Notes: a model not told the origin generated them from the letters alone. A stretch of DNA of 64,000 bases from an uncultured Candidatus Saccharibacteria bacterium (GCA_964547425.1 CAZJNH010000001.1:5295-69294), one strand, 5' to 3'; numbered from the stretch's first letter, positions 17,334 to 26,128 are shown. Numbers and translations: made by a program.

Positions 17334-18193
17334 TTTTTCCCCTCCTTTAGCGTTTTTATTTTCTTGGCGGCTCGCAGCTTGGCGCTGCGGGCGCGCGGGT
17401 TATTGTCAAAATCTCTGCCGGAAAGCGGCTTTTTGGTCAGGATTTCCAGATCGTTTGCCTCTTTGAAGGCTTGCTTCACGATCCGATCCTCCAGCGAGTG
17501 GAAGCTAATCACCGCGATGCGGCCTCCTTCTGCCAGTAGATCGATCATTAATGGCAAACCGCTCCTTAACTGCTCGAGCTCGCCGTTAACTTCGATCCGT
17601 ATAGCCTGGAAGGTCCTCGTCGCCGAGTCGATCTTGCCGGAGTAGCCGACGGCCTTACGAACAGCGTCTGCCAGCTCCTGTGTGCCATTAAACGGACGTT
17701 GGCTGGCGATCGCCCTAGCTACCCTGCCGGCCTTATGCTCCTCGCCGTACTCGCCGATAATGCGTTTGAGGTCGTACTCCGAGTATTTGTTGACTATTTC
17801 GGCGGCGCTAAGCGTTTGGGTCGGGTCCATTCTCATATCGAGCGGACCGTTCCCGCTAAAGCTAAATCCTCTTTCCGGACTGTCAAATTGCGGTGACGAA
17901 ACCCCAACGTCGAGCAAGATCAGATCAAACTGCTCCCCCACATCCAGCAGCTGCTTAGCCGCCTGGACGAACGAAGCCTGGTAGATAGAGGCCCTGTCGC
18001 CGAATTGAGCCTCGAGGTGCTCAACCGCGGTAGGATCTCTATCTACCAGTACCGATTTGCCGCTAGTTTTTTCCAGTATCGCCGCCGCATGCCCTCCGAA
18101 CCCGGCCGTAGCGTCCAAATACGAATCGCCCGGCTGCGGTTCTAGCAGCTCGATTACCTGGTTAAGTAAAACTGGCTGGTGCTGGTGTTTCAT
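17330..18193 (-). CDS. rsmH: 16S rRNA m4C1402 methyltransferase
   Basis: HQPVLL, DATAGFGGH, DVGVSSPQFD..ERGFSF, PLDMRMD, ISFHSLEDRIVK, NPRARSAKLR. Confidence 0.97.
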   Translation of the reverse strand: MKHQHQPVLLNQVIELLEPQPGDSYLDATAGFGGHAAAILEKTSGKSVLVDRDPTAVEHLEAQFGDRASIYQASFVQAAKQLLDVGEQFDLILLDVGVSSPQFDSPERGFSFSGNGPLDMRMDPTQTLSAAEIVNKYSEYDLKRIIGEYGEEHKAGRVARAIASQRPFNGTQELADAVRKAVGYSGKIDSATRTFQAIRIEVNGELEQLRSGLPLMIDLLAEGGRIAVISFHSLEDRIVKQAFKEANDLEILTKKPLSGRDFDNNPRARSAKLRAAKKIKTLKEGKK

Positions 18194-18205
18194 TTTCAAG
18201 GTCAC

Positions 18206-18414
18206 CTAGTCAGCAGCCAACTTTTTGTTTGAGGTTTGGGTTTTGAGTTGGTTTCCCGCCTGATTCTTTTCAGGGAAGAATCGGGTGGGAGAGTTTGTTG
18301 TGGCAAGGAATTTAGGTTAATAAATTCCTTATCTCGAGAGATGTGTGAGGTGGAGTTTGTGTCAGAAGGTACTGGGACTACGGGTCCCCTACCGGTTTGC
18401 TGACTGCCAACTAG
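18206..18414 (-). ncRNA. Putative structured cis-regulatory RNA in the mraZ-rsmH spacer
   Basis: 16-bp closing helix (18399-18414 with 18206-18221; four G-U pairs, minus strand only) enclosing four hairpins joined by A/C-rich linkers. Confidence 0.6.
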
Positions 18415-18469
18415 TTAACGGTGAAAATTTTGTTTGGTAGTTTTTGTTTTGTTATCAAAGATCTTGTTG

Positions 18470-18889
18470 CTAGATTTTGGGCTTAACTTTCGCTCTCCGG
18501 ATCCGCCAGTAGTGTCCTGTGTCGGTCGGGATCCGTACCGCCTTCCAGTCTTTGTCTCGATCTAGTCCGCTAAGCTCCAGGAGCTCGGCGTCCAGGGTCG
18601 CCCGACCCCGTTTGGCGTCGATGGTTACCTCTTGCAGTTGGCTGTAGAAAAAGTCTGCTTGCTTCGCTAACTGCTGGTTCAAGACCGTTGGCGTGCGATC
18701 GTCAGTGTTGGGGTTAACCTTTAAAGCCTTTGCCATTTCCCCTGTCCAGATTTTTCTTGGGTACAGGTGAATGGTTTGGTCAAACCCAGGAGTGATCACT
18801 GCAACCTCGTCAGAAAACTCACTTCGCACCGACGGTGGAAGTGTTAAACGATTTTTTTCGTCTAGTCGCCCTCGGAAGTTGTAGATCAT
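18470..18889 (-). CDS. mraZ: Divergent MraZ transcriptional regulator
   Basis: LDEKNRLTLP, ITPGFD.TIHLYP, second repeat IDAKRGR; first gene of dcw; start reset to ATG 18889 (AAAGGA RBS). Confidence 0.85.
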   Translation of the reverse strand: MIYNFRGRLDEKNRLTLPPSVRSEFSDEVAVITPGFDQTIHLYPRKIWTGEMAKALKVNPNTDDRTPTVLNQQLAKQADFFYSQLQEVTIDAKRGRATLDAELLELSGLDRDKDWKAVRIPTDTGHYWRIRRAKVKPKI

Positions 18890-18918
18890 CTTGTTCCTTT
18901 TCAACCCTCCTGGGTTTG

Positions 18919-18970
18919 CCCACTGCAACCCACTAAATTCAGTATATGCCGTCCCCCACCCACCTGTCAA
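18919..18970 (-). promoter_or_regulatory. dcw promoter with MraZ-box-like GTGGG repeats
   Basis: TTGACA-18-TATACT (18970-18941); two AGTGGG boxes 10 nt apart just downstream, further GTGGG in the spacer. Confidence 0.7.
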
Positions 18971-18982
18971 CTATTTTATATC

Positions 18983-19017
18983 AAAAAAACGCCTCTCCCT
19001 GTTGCCAGGAAGAGGCG
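18983..19017 (-). terminator. Rho-independent terminator
   Basis: CGCCTCTTCCTG-GCAA-CAGGGAGAGGCG followed by T7. Confidence 0.8.
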
Positions 19018-19023
19018 CCCCGT

Positions 19024-19320
19024 TTAACCCCCCAAGGTGAACTCCCCATTCACCCTAAGGGCATCAATCGGCCCTATATTGCAGAACGGCACTGCATCCA
19101 TCATTTCAAGCCACCAGAAGACGAAATGATCACCGAGACAAAGTTCCTCCCTAAGGACGGAGACTCTGCTGTCAGCAATCGTAATGCCTCCTACTGGATC
19201 GAGATGGACTAGCTCTGCAGACACTACTTCGACTACTTGGAACACTGCCTCCGAGGGACCTGGATTTAACACCAGCATATCCCCGACCTGCAGGTCTTTC
19301 ATGTCGAAGCAATCGTTCAT
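19024..19320 (-). CDS. Accessory hypothetical protein, 98 aa, beta-rich
   Basis: GAAGGAG SD, own consensus promoter and terminator; no recognisable family. Confidence 0.7.
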   Translation of the reverse strand: MNDCFDMKDLQVGDMLVLNPGPSEAVFQVVEVVSAELVHLDPVGGITIADSRVSVLREELCLGDHFVFWWLEMMDAVPFCNIGPIDALRVNGEFTLGG

Positions 19321-19400
19321 AACCGCTCCTTCCGGTAAGTGTCGGCCACAATGGCGGACTCTTAAGGAAGTGCATCCGGAACGAGTAGTTGAACCGAGAG

Positions 19401-19429
19401 ATTATAGCAAGAATAGATCCATCTGTCAA
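19401..19429 (-). promoter_or_regulatory. Perfect consensus sigma70 promoter
   Basis: TTGACA-17-TATAAT with extended TG. Confidence 0.85.
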
Positions 19430-19444
19430 TAGTGGTTATGCTGA

Positions 19445-20113
19445 TTAGAGTTTGCGGTAGACGGCTTCGAAGTGGACTTTTTGGCCTGTTTTGGGCGCGT
19501 CGTGGGGTCTCTTAACTTCTTCGATATTCCCCGCTTGCTCGAACCCAAACCTCGCCACGTTCTTGAGTTCATCCCTTGAGAAGTAATGCGCTATTAACCC
19601 TTGTTTTGAGCCGGTGTGATAACGAATCGAAAAACTGCCGTCATCCAGCTGCTCCACCTTTTCATACTCTTCGTCGATTGGCATATCAACCGATCTTACG
19701 CGTACAAACAGCAATCCGTGCGGCTTTAGCAGCTTGGCACACACCTTGAAGTACTCCTCCGCCTGTTTGGCATCTCCATGCTGAAACACCTGAATCGCGA
19801 TGATGTAGCCGTATTTTTCCTGCTCATCAAACTCCAAGAAATTGCCGTGGAGTAATTCGGCATTCGGCTTTTTCTCCAAGACTTGGTCTAGGGCGATGTG
19901 TGATATATCAAGCCCTTCCAGCTTTAGCCCGGCGTCAAGCAGCGGCAGAAAGTTCCGACCGTTGCCACAGCCGACATATAACCCCTTGGCCTTCGTGTGC
20001 CCCGTCCGCTCCAGCGCTATGATTATCCGCTTAATAAACGGCAGCGGGTCCTCGCCGGCATATTTGCCGCCGGCTGAATAAACCTTATCCCAGGCGGCCG
20101 CCACGTCCTCCAT
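19445..20113 (-). CDS. Class I SAM-dependent methyltransferase
   Basis: LYVGCGNGRN motif I, GLDIS; start reset to the ATG overlapping the glyQS stop (TAATG). Confidence 0.85.
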   Translation of the reverse strand: MEDVAAAWDKVYSAGGKYAGEDPLPFIKRIIIALERTGHTKAKGLYVGCGNGRNFLPLLDAGLKLEGLDISHIALDQVLEKKPNAELLHGNFLEFDEQEKYGYIIAIQVFQHGDAKQAEEYFKVCAKLLKPHGLLFVRVRSVDMPIDEEYEKVEQLDDGSFSIRYHTGSKQGLIAHYFSRDELKNVARFGFEQAGNIEEVKRPHDAPKTGQKVHFEAVYRKL

Positions 20114-21474
20114 TAGAAGGTGGAGAGTTGTTTTTTGATCTGCTCGTTGAGGTCGGAGATTTTGACGCGGTCTTGCTTCATAGTGTCGCGGTGCCGGATG
20201 GTGACGGACTTGTCGTCTAAGCTGTCGAAGTCGACTGTTACACACAGAGGGGTGCCGATTTCGTCTTGGCGGCGGTAACGGCGGCCGATCGATTGGGTTT
20301 CGTCGTACTCGGTCTTGAATTCGCCCGACAACTGCTGCCAGACATCTTTGGCTAGCGGTGAGAGCTTGGCGTCTTTGGATAAAGGCAGAACGGCGACTTT
20401 GACCGGGGCGATGTCGGGATGGAACTTTAATACCACCCGCTTCTCGTCCTTCACGGTTTCTTCGTTATAAGCGTCGAGCATTAATGCGAGGAACAATCGG
20501 CCGATACCGATTGAAGGTTCGATGACGTATGGGATGTACCGTTTGCCGGATGGTTCGTCGAAGTAACTCAAATCCTTGCCGCTGGTTTTGGCGTGGGCCG
20601 AGAGATCGTAATCGGTGCGATTGGCGATGCCCCACAATTCCTTAAAGCCCATCGGGAAGTTGTACTGGATGTCCACCGAAGCCGCGGCGTAGTGTGCCCG
20701 CTCGTCTTTGGCGTGGTCGTGGAATTTGAGGTTTTCTTTTTTCATACCGATCGAGATCAAGAAATCCCAACAAAACTGCTTCCATTTTTTATACTCCTCT
20801 TCCGCCTGATCCGGCTCAACGAAGTACTCCAGCTCCATCTGTTCAAACTCTCGCACGCGGAAAACAAAATCACCAGGCGTAATTTCGTTTCGAAAAGCCT
20901 TGCCGATCTGCGCAATGCCAAACGGGATTTTTTGCCGGCTAGTTTCGCGGACGTTTAGGAATTGGGCGAAGATGCCACCGGCGGTTTCAGGCCGCAGGTA
21001 AGAAATGCTCGAGTCATCCTGGACCGGGCCGACATGCGTTTTAAACATCATATTAAACTGCCGGGCTTCGGTTAGCTCTTTCTTGCCGCAGTTCGGGCAG
21101 GCCTTGTCTTTTAAGGCATCATTCAACTTCTTAAGATCGTTAGTATCGATTGCGGCGACGTGGTCGGCCCTGAAGCGGTGTTTACAGCTTTTGCAGTCAA
21201 CCATTGGGTCAACGAATGTCTCGACGTGCCCGCTGGCCTCCCACAGCTTGGGGTTTTGGATGATCGTTGAGTCGAGGCCGACGATGTTTTGGTGGCCGTA
21301 AACAAAGGCTTTCCACCAGGCCTTGCGGATGTTGTCGACCATCTCGGTACCGTATGGGCCCCAATCCCAAAAGCCGGAAATTCCGCCGTAAATCTCACTG
21401 GCCTGAAACACAAAACCCCGCCGCTTGGCGAGTGAGACGATTTCATCCATACTGATCGGTTTATTTTGGCTCAT
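20113..21474 (-). CDS. glyQS: Glycine--tRNA ligase, homodimeric class IIa type
   Basis: KRRGF, LRPETA, FRNEITP, REFEQMELE, VIEPSIG, SIGRRYRRQDEIG. Confidence 0.97.
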   Translation of the reverse strand: MSQNKPISMDEIVSLAKRRGFVFQASEIYGGISGFWDWGPYGTEMVDNIRKAWWKAFVYGHQNIVGLDSTIIQNPKLWEASGHVETFVDPMVDCKSCKHRFRADHVAAIDTNDLKKLNDALKDKACPNCGKKELTEARQFNMMFKTHVGPVQDDSSISYLRPETAGGIFAQFLNVRETSRQKIPFGIAQIGKAFRNEITPGDFVFRVREFEQMELEYFVEPDQAEEEYKKWKQFCWDFLISIGMKKENLKFHDHAKDERAHYAAASVDIQYNFPMGFKELWGIANRTDYDLSAHAKTSGKDLSYFDEPSGKRYIPYVIEPSIGIGRLFLALMLDAYNEETVKDEKRVVLKFHPDIAPVKVAVLPLSKDAKLSPLAKDVWQQLSGEFKTEYDETQSIGRRYRRQDEIGTPLCVTVDFDSLDDKSVTIRHRDTMKQDRVKISDLNEQIKKQLSTF

Positions 21475-21692
21475 TAAAAGGAAAAATTACTTTCGTTGGT
21501 CACTTCATTGTACTCATCGGGAGTAATTCTGCCTAGTTCGAGCAACCGGTCCATATCGGCAATGAAACTAGCCCTTACTCGGCTGAAGCTCTCAGAACCT
21601 TGATCATTGAGAACTTTGAGCACTGCAATACACTCCGCGATATAACCCTCAACTTCCTCTTCTCTTAATGCGTCAACGGCGTCAGGATCCAA
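21474..21692 (-). CDS. Small acidic hypothetical protein
   Basis: 72-aa ORF (TTG start, GGAG upstream) overlapping both recO and glyQS. Confidence 0.55.
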   Translation of the reverse strand: MDPDAVDALREEEVEGYIAECIAVLKVLNDQGSESFSRVRASFIADMDRLLELGRITPDEYNEVTNESNFSF

Positions 21693-22404
21693 CCCTCTCC
21701 TCCATCATATCCCGGCTATTAAAACGCAGACCAAAGGTTTGTTCCAGAAACGCGTTGGACATCGGTAACGACAGCTTAGCTAATTCATCAACCTCGTCCG
21801 GCAGCTGGTTCTTTAGCAGTGCTTGCCAGACCGCCAAAGTCTCCCGGCTCATTTTGTATGGACGGCTGGTGGTACAACCTCCGTCGACCACTCCCCCTTT
21901 TTTCGGATCAAAATAGTACCCCTCGGAAACCTCGCCGCACACCACACAGTTCTCCAGATGCGGCCGATAACCTAAAAGATCCATCAGTCTCAGCTTAAAA
22001 CTTAGTTCCAGTGTTGAGCTGTAACCTCGCCGGTCGAGCTCCCCCAGTAAATCTGCCGCCAGACGAAACACCCGCGGCTCCGCCCTCCCTTCACCAGTCA
22101 GCTTCTCAAGCATCTCCGCCATTAAGTAAGCGAAGGTCAGACTCTGCCAGTTCTCAGCCAAATTCAAATAATGTTTTTTAAGCCTGGCCCCAGCGATCAC
22201 GTCCAAGTTTCGTCCCTTAGCAAACATCAACTCGGTTTCGCTAAACAACTCCAAGTGCCCGGCCATCCGGCTTTTTATCTTCCTCACTCCCCTGGCCACG
22301 CCTTTGATCTTGCCATGGTCGGGCGTCAGAAACGTAATAATCCGGTCCGCCTCGCCAAAATTAATCCGCCTTAAAACTAACCCGGTCGTTTTATAGGTTG
22401 GCAT
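21682..22404 (-). CDS. recO: DNA repair protein RecO
   Basis: GLVLRR..FGEADRI...LTPDHGKI..VARGVRK; LGY.P.L..CVVCG zinc site. Confidence 0.95.
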   Translation of the reverse strand: MPTYKTTGLVLRRINFGEADRIITFLTPDHGKIKGVARGVRKIKSRMAGHLELFSETELMFAKGRNLDVIAGARLKKHYLNLAENWQSLTFAYLMAEMLEKLTGEGRAEPRVFRLAADLLGELDRRGYSSTLELSFKLRLMDLLGYRPHLENCVVCGEVSEGYYFDPKKGGVVDGGCTTSRPYKMSRETLAVWQALLKNQLPDEVDELAKLSLPMSNAFLEQTFGLRFNSRDMMEERVGS

Positions 22405-22423
22405 GCTTCTATTATAGCTTTAA

Positions 22424-22501
22424 CGCTCCGGAGGGGTATTGCCCGAGGCGACGCTTGTCGCAAGGTCGACGGGGAGCCGAGGGCGGTACCCCGGAAGGAG
22501 C
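22424..22501 (+). repeat. 78-nt structured dispersed repeat, copy 1
   Basis: Aligns end to end with 37844-37923; outer stems GCTCC/GGAGC and GGGGTATTGCCC/GGGCGGTACCCC. Confidence 0.8.
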
Positions 22502-22885
22502 CTAGCTTTTGACTTCGAGGGCCTTGACGGCTTTTTCTACGACTTCGTCAGGTGTGTGGTGAGACTTTATAAGATAGTCGGCAACACCGAGAGCGCGGGC
22601 CAAGTCCCGGTTCATATCGACCTCGGATTCACCAAGATTCGTCAGCAAAATCACTGGGATCTGCCGCAGCTCAGGATGCTTTTTGACCTCTTTCAAAACA
22701 TGGAAGCCATTAACGCGAGGCATTAAGATGTCGAGTAAAATCAACTCCGGCTTAAAGGTTTCGAGCATCTTCAAACACTCTTCCCCGTTGGTCGCAACCG
22801 TAATGTCGTGGCCTTCCAGCTCAAACTTTGCCTGGTACATCTCTACCAGAATATTGTCGTCCTCTACCAGCATAATTTTGGCCAC
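22502..22885 (-). CDS. Single-domain response regulator (receiver)
   Basis: IMLVEDD, ILLDILMP..NG, ILLTN, YLIK; AGGAGG SD. Confidence 0.93.
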   Translation of the reverse strand: MAKIMLVEDDNILVEMYQAKFELEGHDITVATNGEECLKMLETFKPELILLDILMPRVNGFHVLKEVKKHPELRQIPVILLTNLGESEVDMNRDLARALGVADYLIKSHHTPDEVVEKAVKALEVKS

Positions 22886-23003
22886 TGATTTCCCTCCTAA
22901 TACTTAAGTGATTCTAACAGCCGACCCGCTAATTCAGAAGCGTAAGAATTTTCCCCAAAACAAACAGTCGCTTCGCTCCTTCGGATTGTTTTGGGGTCCC
23001 CCT

Positions 23004-25340
23004 TCAGTTCAGCAAGGTTAATTGCTTGGCGATCGGCAGTGAAAAGCTAAACTTTGACCCCGCCGACTCTCGGCTGGTCACCCAAATCCGCCCGCCGTGC
23101 GCCTCCACCAAATTCTTCACAATATAGAGTCCCAGCCCTGTCCCCCCAGCCTGCACCGTCATTGGGTTAAACACCCGGCCAAACTTCTGGAACAATTTGC
23201 CAATCTGGCTAGGGGTAATCCCCACTCCTTTGTCGGTGATGCTGGTGATCAGTTCGTCCCCGTGGATTTTGAAATCAATCGTCACCTCGCTTTTTGGCAT
23301 CGAGTATTTAATACCGTTATCAACTAAATTAGTCAGGATCTGCCGCAGCCGGCTTTCGTCGGCCAAGACTAACGGCAAGCGGTAGCGCCGGTTAACTTTG
23401 AGGGTAATGTCGCGTTCGAAGCCTTTGCCGGCCAGTTCGGTAACAACATCGCGGATAATGTTCTCCATCGCCAGCGGCCGTAGATCCAGATTAATTTTGC
23501 CGCCTTCGATGTGGCTGATGTCTAAAAGGTCTTCAACAAGATCGATCATCCGTTGGTTGCTTTGGTAAACCCGCGACAGGTAGTGGAACTGTTTGTCGGT
23601 TAAATCCCCAAAGTCTTTTTTCAGCAACATACTCATAAAACCTTTGATCGCCGAGAGCGGCGTGCGCAGCTCGTGCGAGACGATCGAGATGAAATCGCTT
23701 TTGATCTCTTCAATCTCCCGGTCGCGCTGGATGTTACGAATAACGGCGATGCCGGAGGTAACGTTGCCGTCGTGGTCGAGCATCGGCGAGTAGCTTATCT
23801 GGGCCCAGAACCGGTTGCCGGCTTTGCCTTCGATCAGCTGCTCGGTTTTAGGGATGGTTTTGCCGCCTGAGAGCACCTGTTTAATCGGTGATCGACCCGA
23901 CAGATCTATCCCCTCCGGTGAGACGGTCCGGATAATTTTAGTAAACGGCTGGCCGATAGCTTCGGTCACGGAGTATTGAGTCAATCCGGCGCAGGTGGCG
24001 TTAAAGCCGACGATCCGGCCTTCGTGGTCGTAGATGACAATTCCGTCCTCGGTAAATTTAAACACCGCCTCCCAGCGTTCCCGCCTGGCGTTAACCTCCT
24101 GGTAAAGGTTGGCGTTTTCGATCAAGATGCCTTTGCGCATCGCCGCGATCTTGAGGAAGTTAAGGTCGCTTTTGGTGTAAGGTTTATCCTGACGCGTAGC
24201 CAAGATACAACCCATAACTTTAGAGTGGATGGTAATCGGAACGCTAATCGAGTAATGAGCAAAAACCGACTTCGGTTCGCCCTCCCCTAGATTGTTGATC
24301 TCGGCCTTGCGCGTCAAAAATACCCGCCCCACTAAATCTTTTTTTGTCGGTGATACCTCGTCCGGATGTTCATTAAAGTTAGTGCTGGTCGCCATTCGGG
24401 CGAGTTTCTTCTGCCTCGGTGAATAAAGGTAAATGCTGGTATAGGGTGATTCGAGTAATGTAGATAAGTGAGTGGTGAATTTTTTGTAAAGCTGTTCCGG
24501 CCGCAAGCTGAAAATAGCCGACAGGTCGGTCAGCTCATTTAATTTACGCGCATTTTTTTGCTCCTCCATCGCCAGCGCGTTGGCCTCAACGGTCTTTTCA
24601 ACTAAGGCAGTGATGTCTCGGCCGGTGGCGATCATACCGGTCACTTTACCCTCAACCTTGAGCGGTCCGCAGGAAAACTGAATGTGCCGGTTGGTTTTAG
24701 TGGCAAAGCAGTAGACCAGAATTTTCTTGCCTTGCATCACCTGCTTAAAAACATCGGCCGGATCCCGGTCGAACTCCAGAGGCGGCTGGGCTTTTAAGAC
24801 CTCCGCCATCTTTAGTCCGACGATCGGCTGGTCGATACCAAAAAGTTCCAGCCACTCCCGGTTGTGGTCTAGCACCGTATCGGTCCGGTCGATCACTACA
24901 AATCCATCATTAAAGTTTGAGATCACCGCAGCCAGCCGCTCCTTTACCCATGACAGTGCGGTGACATCGCGTACCAGCATCAAATACCCGGCCATTTCAC
25001 CGTCCTCGATGCATGCCTGGCGAATTATCTCAACCGCCCGGTTTTGGAGATGGGCAATGTAGCTTGAGTCGCCCTGCCGCACCAAACCTTTTCGGATAAT
25101 TTCGGGTTTTTCTTTGGCCGATTCCGCCAGCAGCGTAATTAAATCCTGGCCGCTCAACTCCTCTCCGAGTAACGACCGGGCAGTTGTGTTGGCATAAGCC
25201 ACCTTGTAGTCCAGTGAGGTCACCATCATCCCGTGGTGCATCAGTTCTGCAGCTGGACGAATTTTGGCGCAAACCGATTCCAGCAGGGTAGCTGATTTGC
25301 CCGCGGTCGGCTGTTTGGTCTTAAGATCTTTAGTCGGCAC
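23004..25340 (-). CDS. Cytoplasmic PAS/GAF sensor histidine kinase
   Basis: H-box SHELRTPL, N-box NLVDNGIKY, DKGVGI, GGTGLGL; PAS-like and GAF-like repeats; no TM. Confidence 0.93.
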   Translation of the reverse strand: MPTKDLKTKQPTAGKSATLLESVCAKIRPAAELMHHGMMVTSLDYKVAYANTTARSLLGEELSGQDLITLLAESAKEKPEIIRKGLVRQGDSSYIAHLQNRAVEIIRQACIEDGEMAGYLMLVRDVTALSWVKERLAAVISNFNDGFVVIDRTDTVLDHNREWLELFGIDQPIVGLKMAEVLKAQPPLEFDRDPADVFKQVMQGKKILVYCFATKTNRHIQFSCGPLKVEGKVTGMIATGRDITALVEKTVEANALAMEEQKNARKLNELTDLSAIFSLRPEQLYKKFTTHLSTLLESPYTSIYLYSPRQKKLARMATSTNFNEHPDEVSPTKKDLVGRVFLTRKAEINNLGEGEPKSVFAHYSISVPITIHSKVMGCILATRQDKPYTKSDLNFLKIAAMRKGILIENANLYQEVNARRERWEAVFKFTEDGIVIYDHEGRIVGFNATCAGLTQYSVTEAIGQPFTKIIRTVSPEGIDLSGRSPIKQVLSGGKTIPKTEQLIEGKAGNRFWAQISYSPMLDHDGNVTSGIAVIRNIQRDREIEEIKSDFISIVSHELRTPLSAIKGFMSMLLKKDFGDLTDKQFHYLSRVYQSNQRMIDLVEDLLDISHIEGGKINLDLRPLAMENIIRDVVTELAGKGFERDITLKVNRRYRLPLVLADESRLRQILTNLVDNGIKYSMPKSEVTIDFKIHGDELITSITDKGVGITPSQIGKLFQKFGRVFNPMTVQAGGTGLGLYIVKNLVEAHGGRIWVTSRESAGSKFSFSLPIAKQLTLLN

Positions 25341-25394
25341 TTACACCCTTCCTTCAACTGTCTAACTTACCACCCGCCAGAAGCCCCCTCAAGC

Positions 25395-25898
25395 TTAAGC
25401 TTTTACAGACTTGGTGCCATATTCGTATATGTAGAAATTAGTACCTCGGACCGCCGGCTTCTTGTCTGGAATTGCAAACGCGAAACTGACCAATCTGGTC
25501 GGTGAGGTAATGCGGCGCTTTAGCTCCCGATCGAGTTTGGGCATATAACGGTCGATTAAAAAAACAAATATACCGTCCGCCTTAGGCCACTGGGCGTGCC
25601 AATAATTACCAAGCTTAATCGATACCAGACGGCGGTAGCGCCAGCAATTAATCCTCGCCGCTGCGTAAAGCCAGGGATTGATTTCATAGCCTACGCCTCG
25701 GATACCTCTCTTAGCGGCAGCTTTAAGCAGGCGTCCTTCACCGCAGCCCAAATCCAGAAGTACCTGGCCCGGTTTTAGCTCTAAAGCGTCAACCAGCGGC
25801 TGCACTTGACTGCCAAGCGTCGGCACATACGGAGCTCCTAACAGAGCACCTAGACTAAAGCCGATAACTATCAGCGAGCCCAGTAGAACAAGGATCAA
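25395..25898 (-). CDS. Membrane-anchored SAM-dependent methyltransferase
   Basis: N-terminal TM, GAPYVPT, LDLGCGEGR, GYEINP. Confidence 0.85.
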   Translation of the reverse strand: MILVLLGSLIVIGFSLGALLGAPYVPTLGSQVQPLVDALELKPGQVLLDLGCGEGRLLKAAAKRGIRGVGYEINPWLYAAARINCWRYRRLVSIKLGNYWHAQWPKADGIFVFLIDRYMPKLDRELKRRITSPTRLVSFAFAIPDKKPAVRGTNFYIYEYGTKSVKA

Positions 25899-26128
25899 AC
25901 CGCGGCCGGGTCGTCCGGTCCGGCAGGTGCCGGGGTGTCGTATTTTTGCTTAATTTCTTCGATCTTGTTTTCGACTTTGTCCAACCGGCCCTTCAGGTCT
26001 TGCCACAGTTTCATCCCCTGCTCGAATTGCTCCAGGCCTTTATCTAAATCCACCTCACCACTCTCTAATTGGGCGGCGATTTTTTCCAGTTCGGCTAGCT
26101 TGTCACCAAAGTTATCTTTGTCTGTCAT
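25895..26128 (-). CDS. xseB: Exodeoxyribonuclease VII small subunit
   Basis: LEKI..QLESGEVDLD..L.QFEQG; follows xseA. Confidence 0.93.
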   Translation of the reverse strand: MTDKDNFGDKLAELEKIAAQLESGEVDLDKGLEQFEQGMKLWQDLKGRLDKVENKIEEIKQKYDTPAPAGPDDPAAV

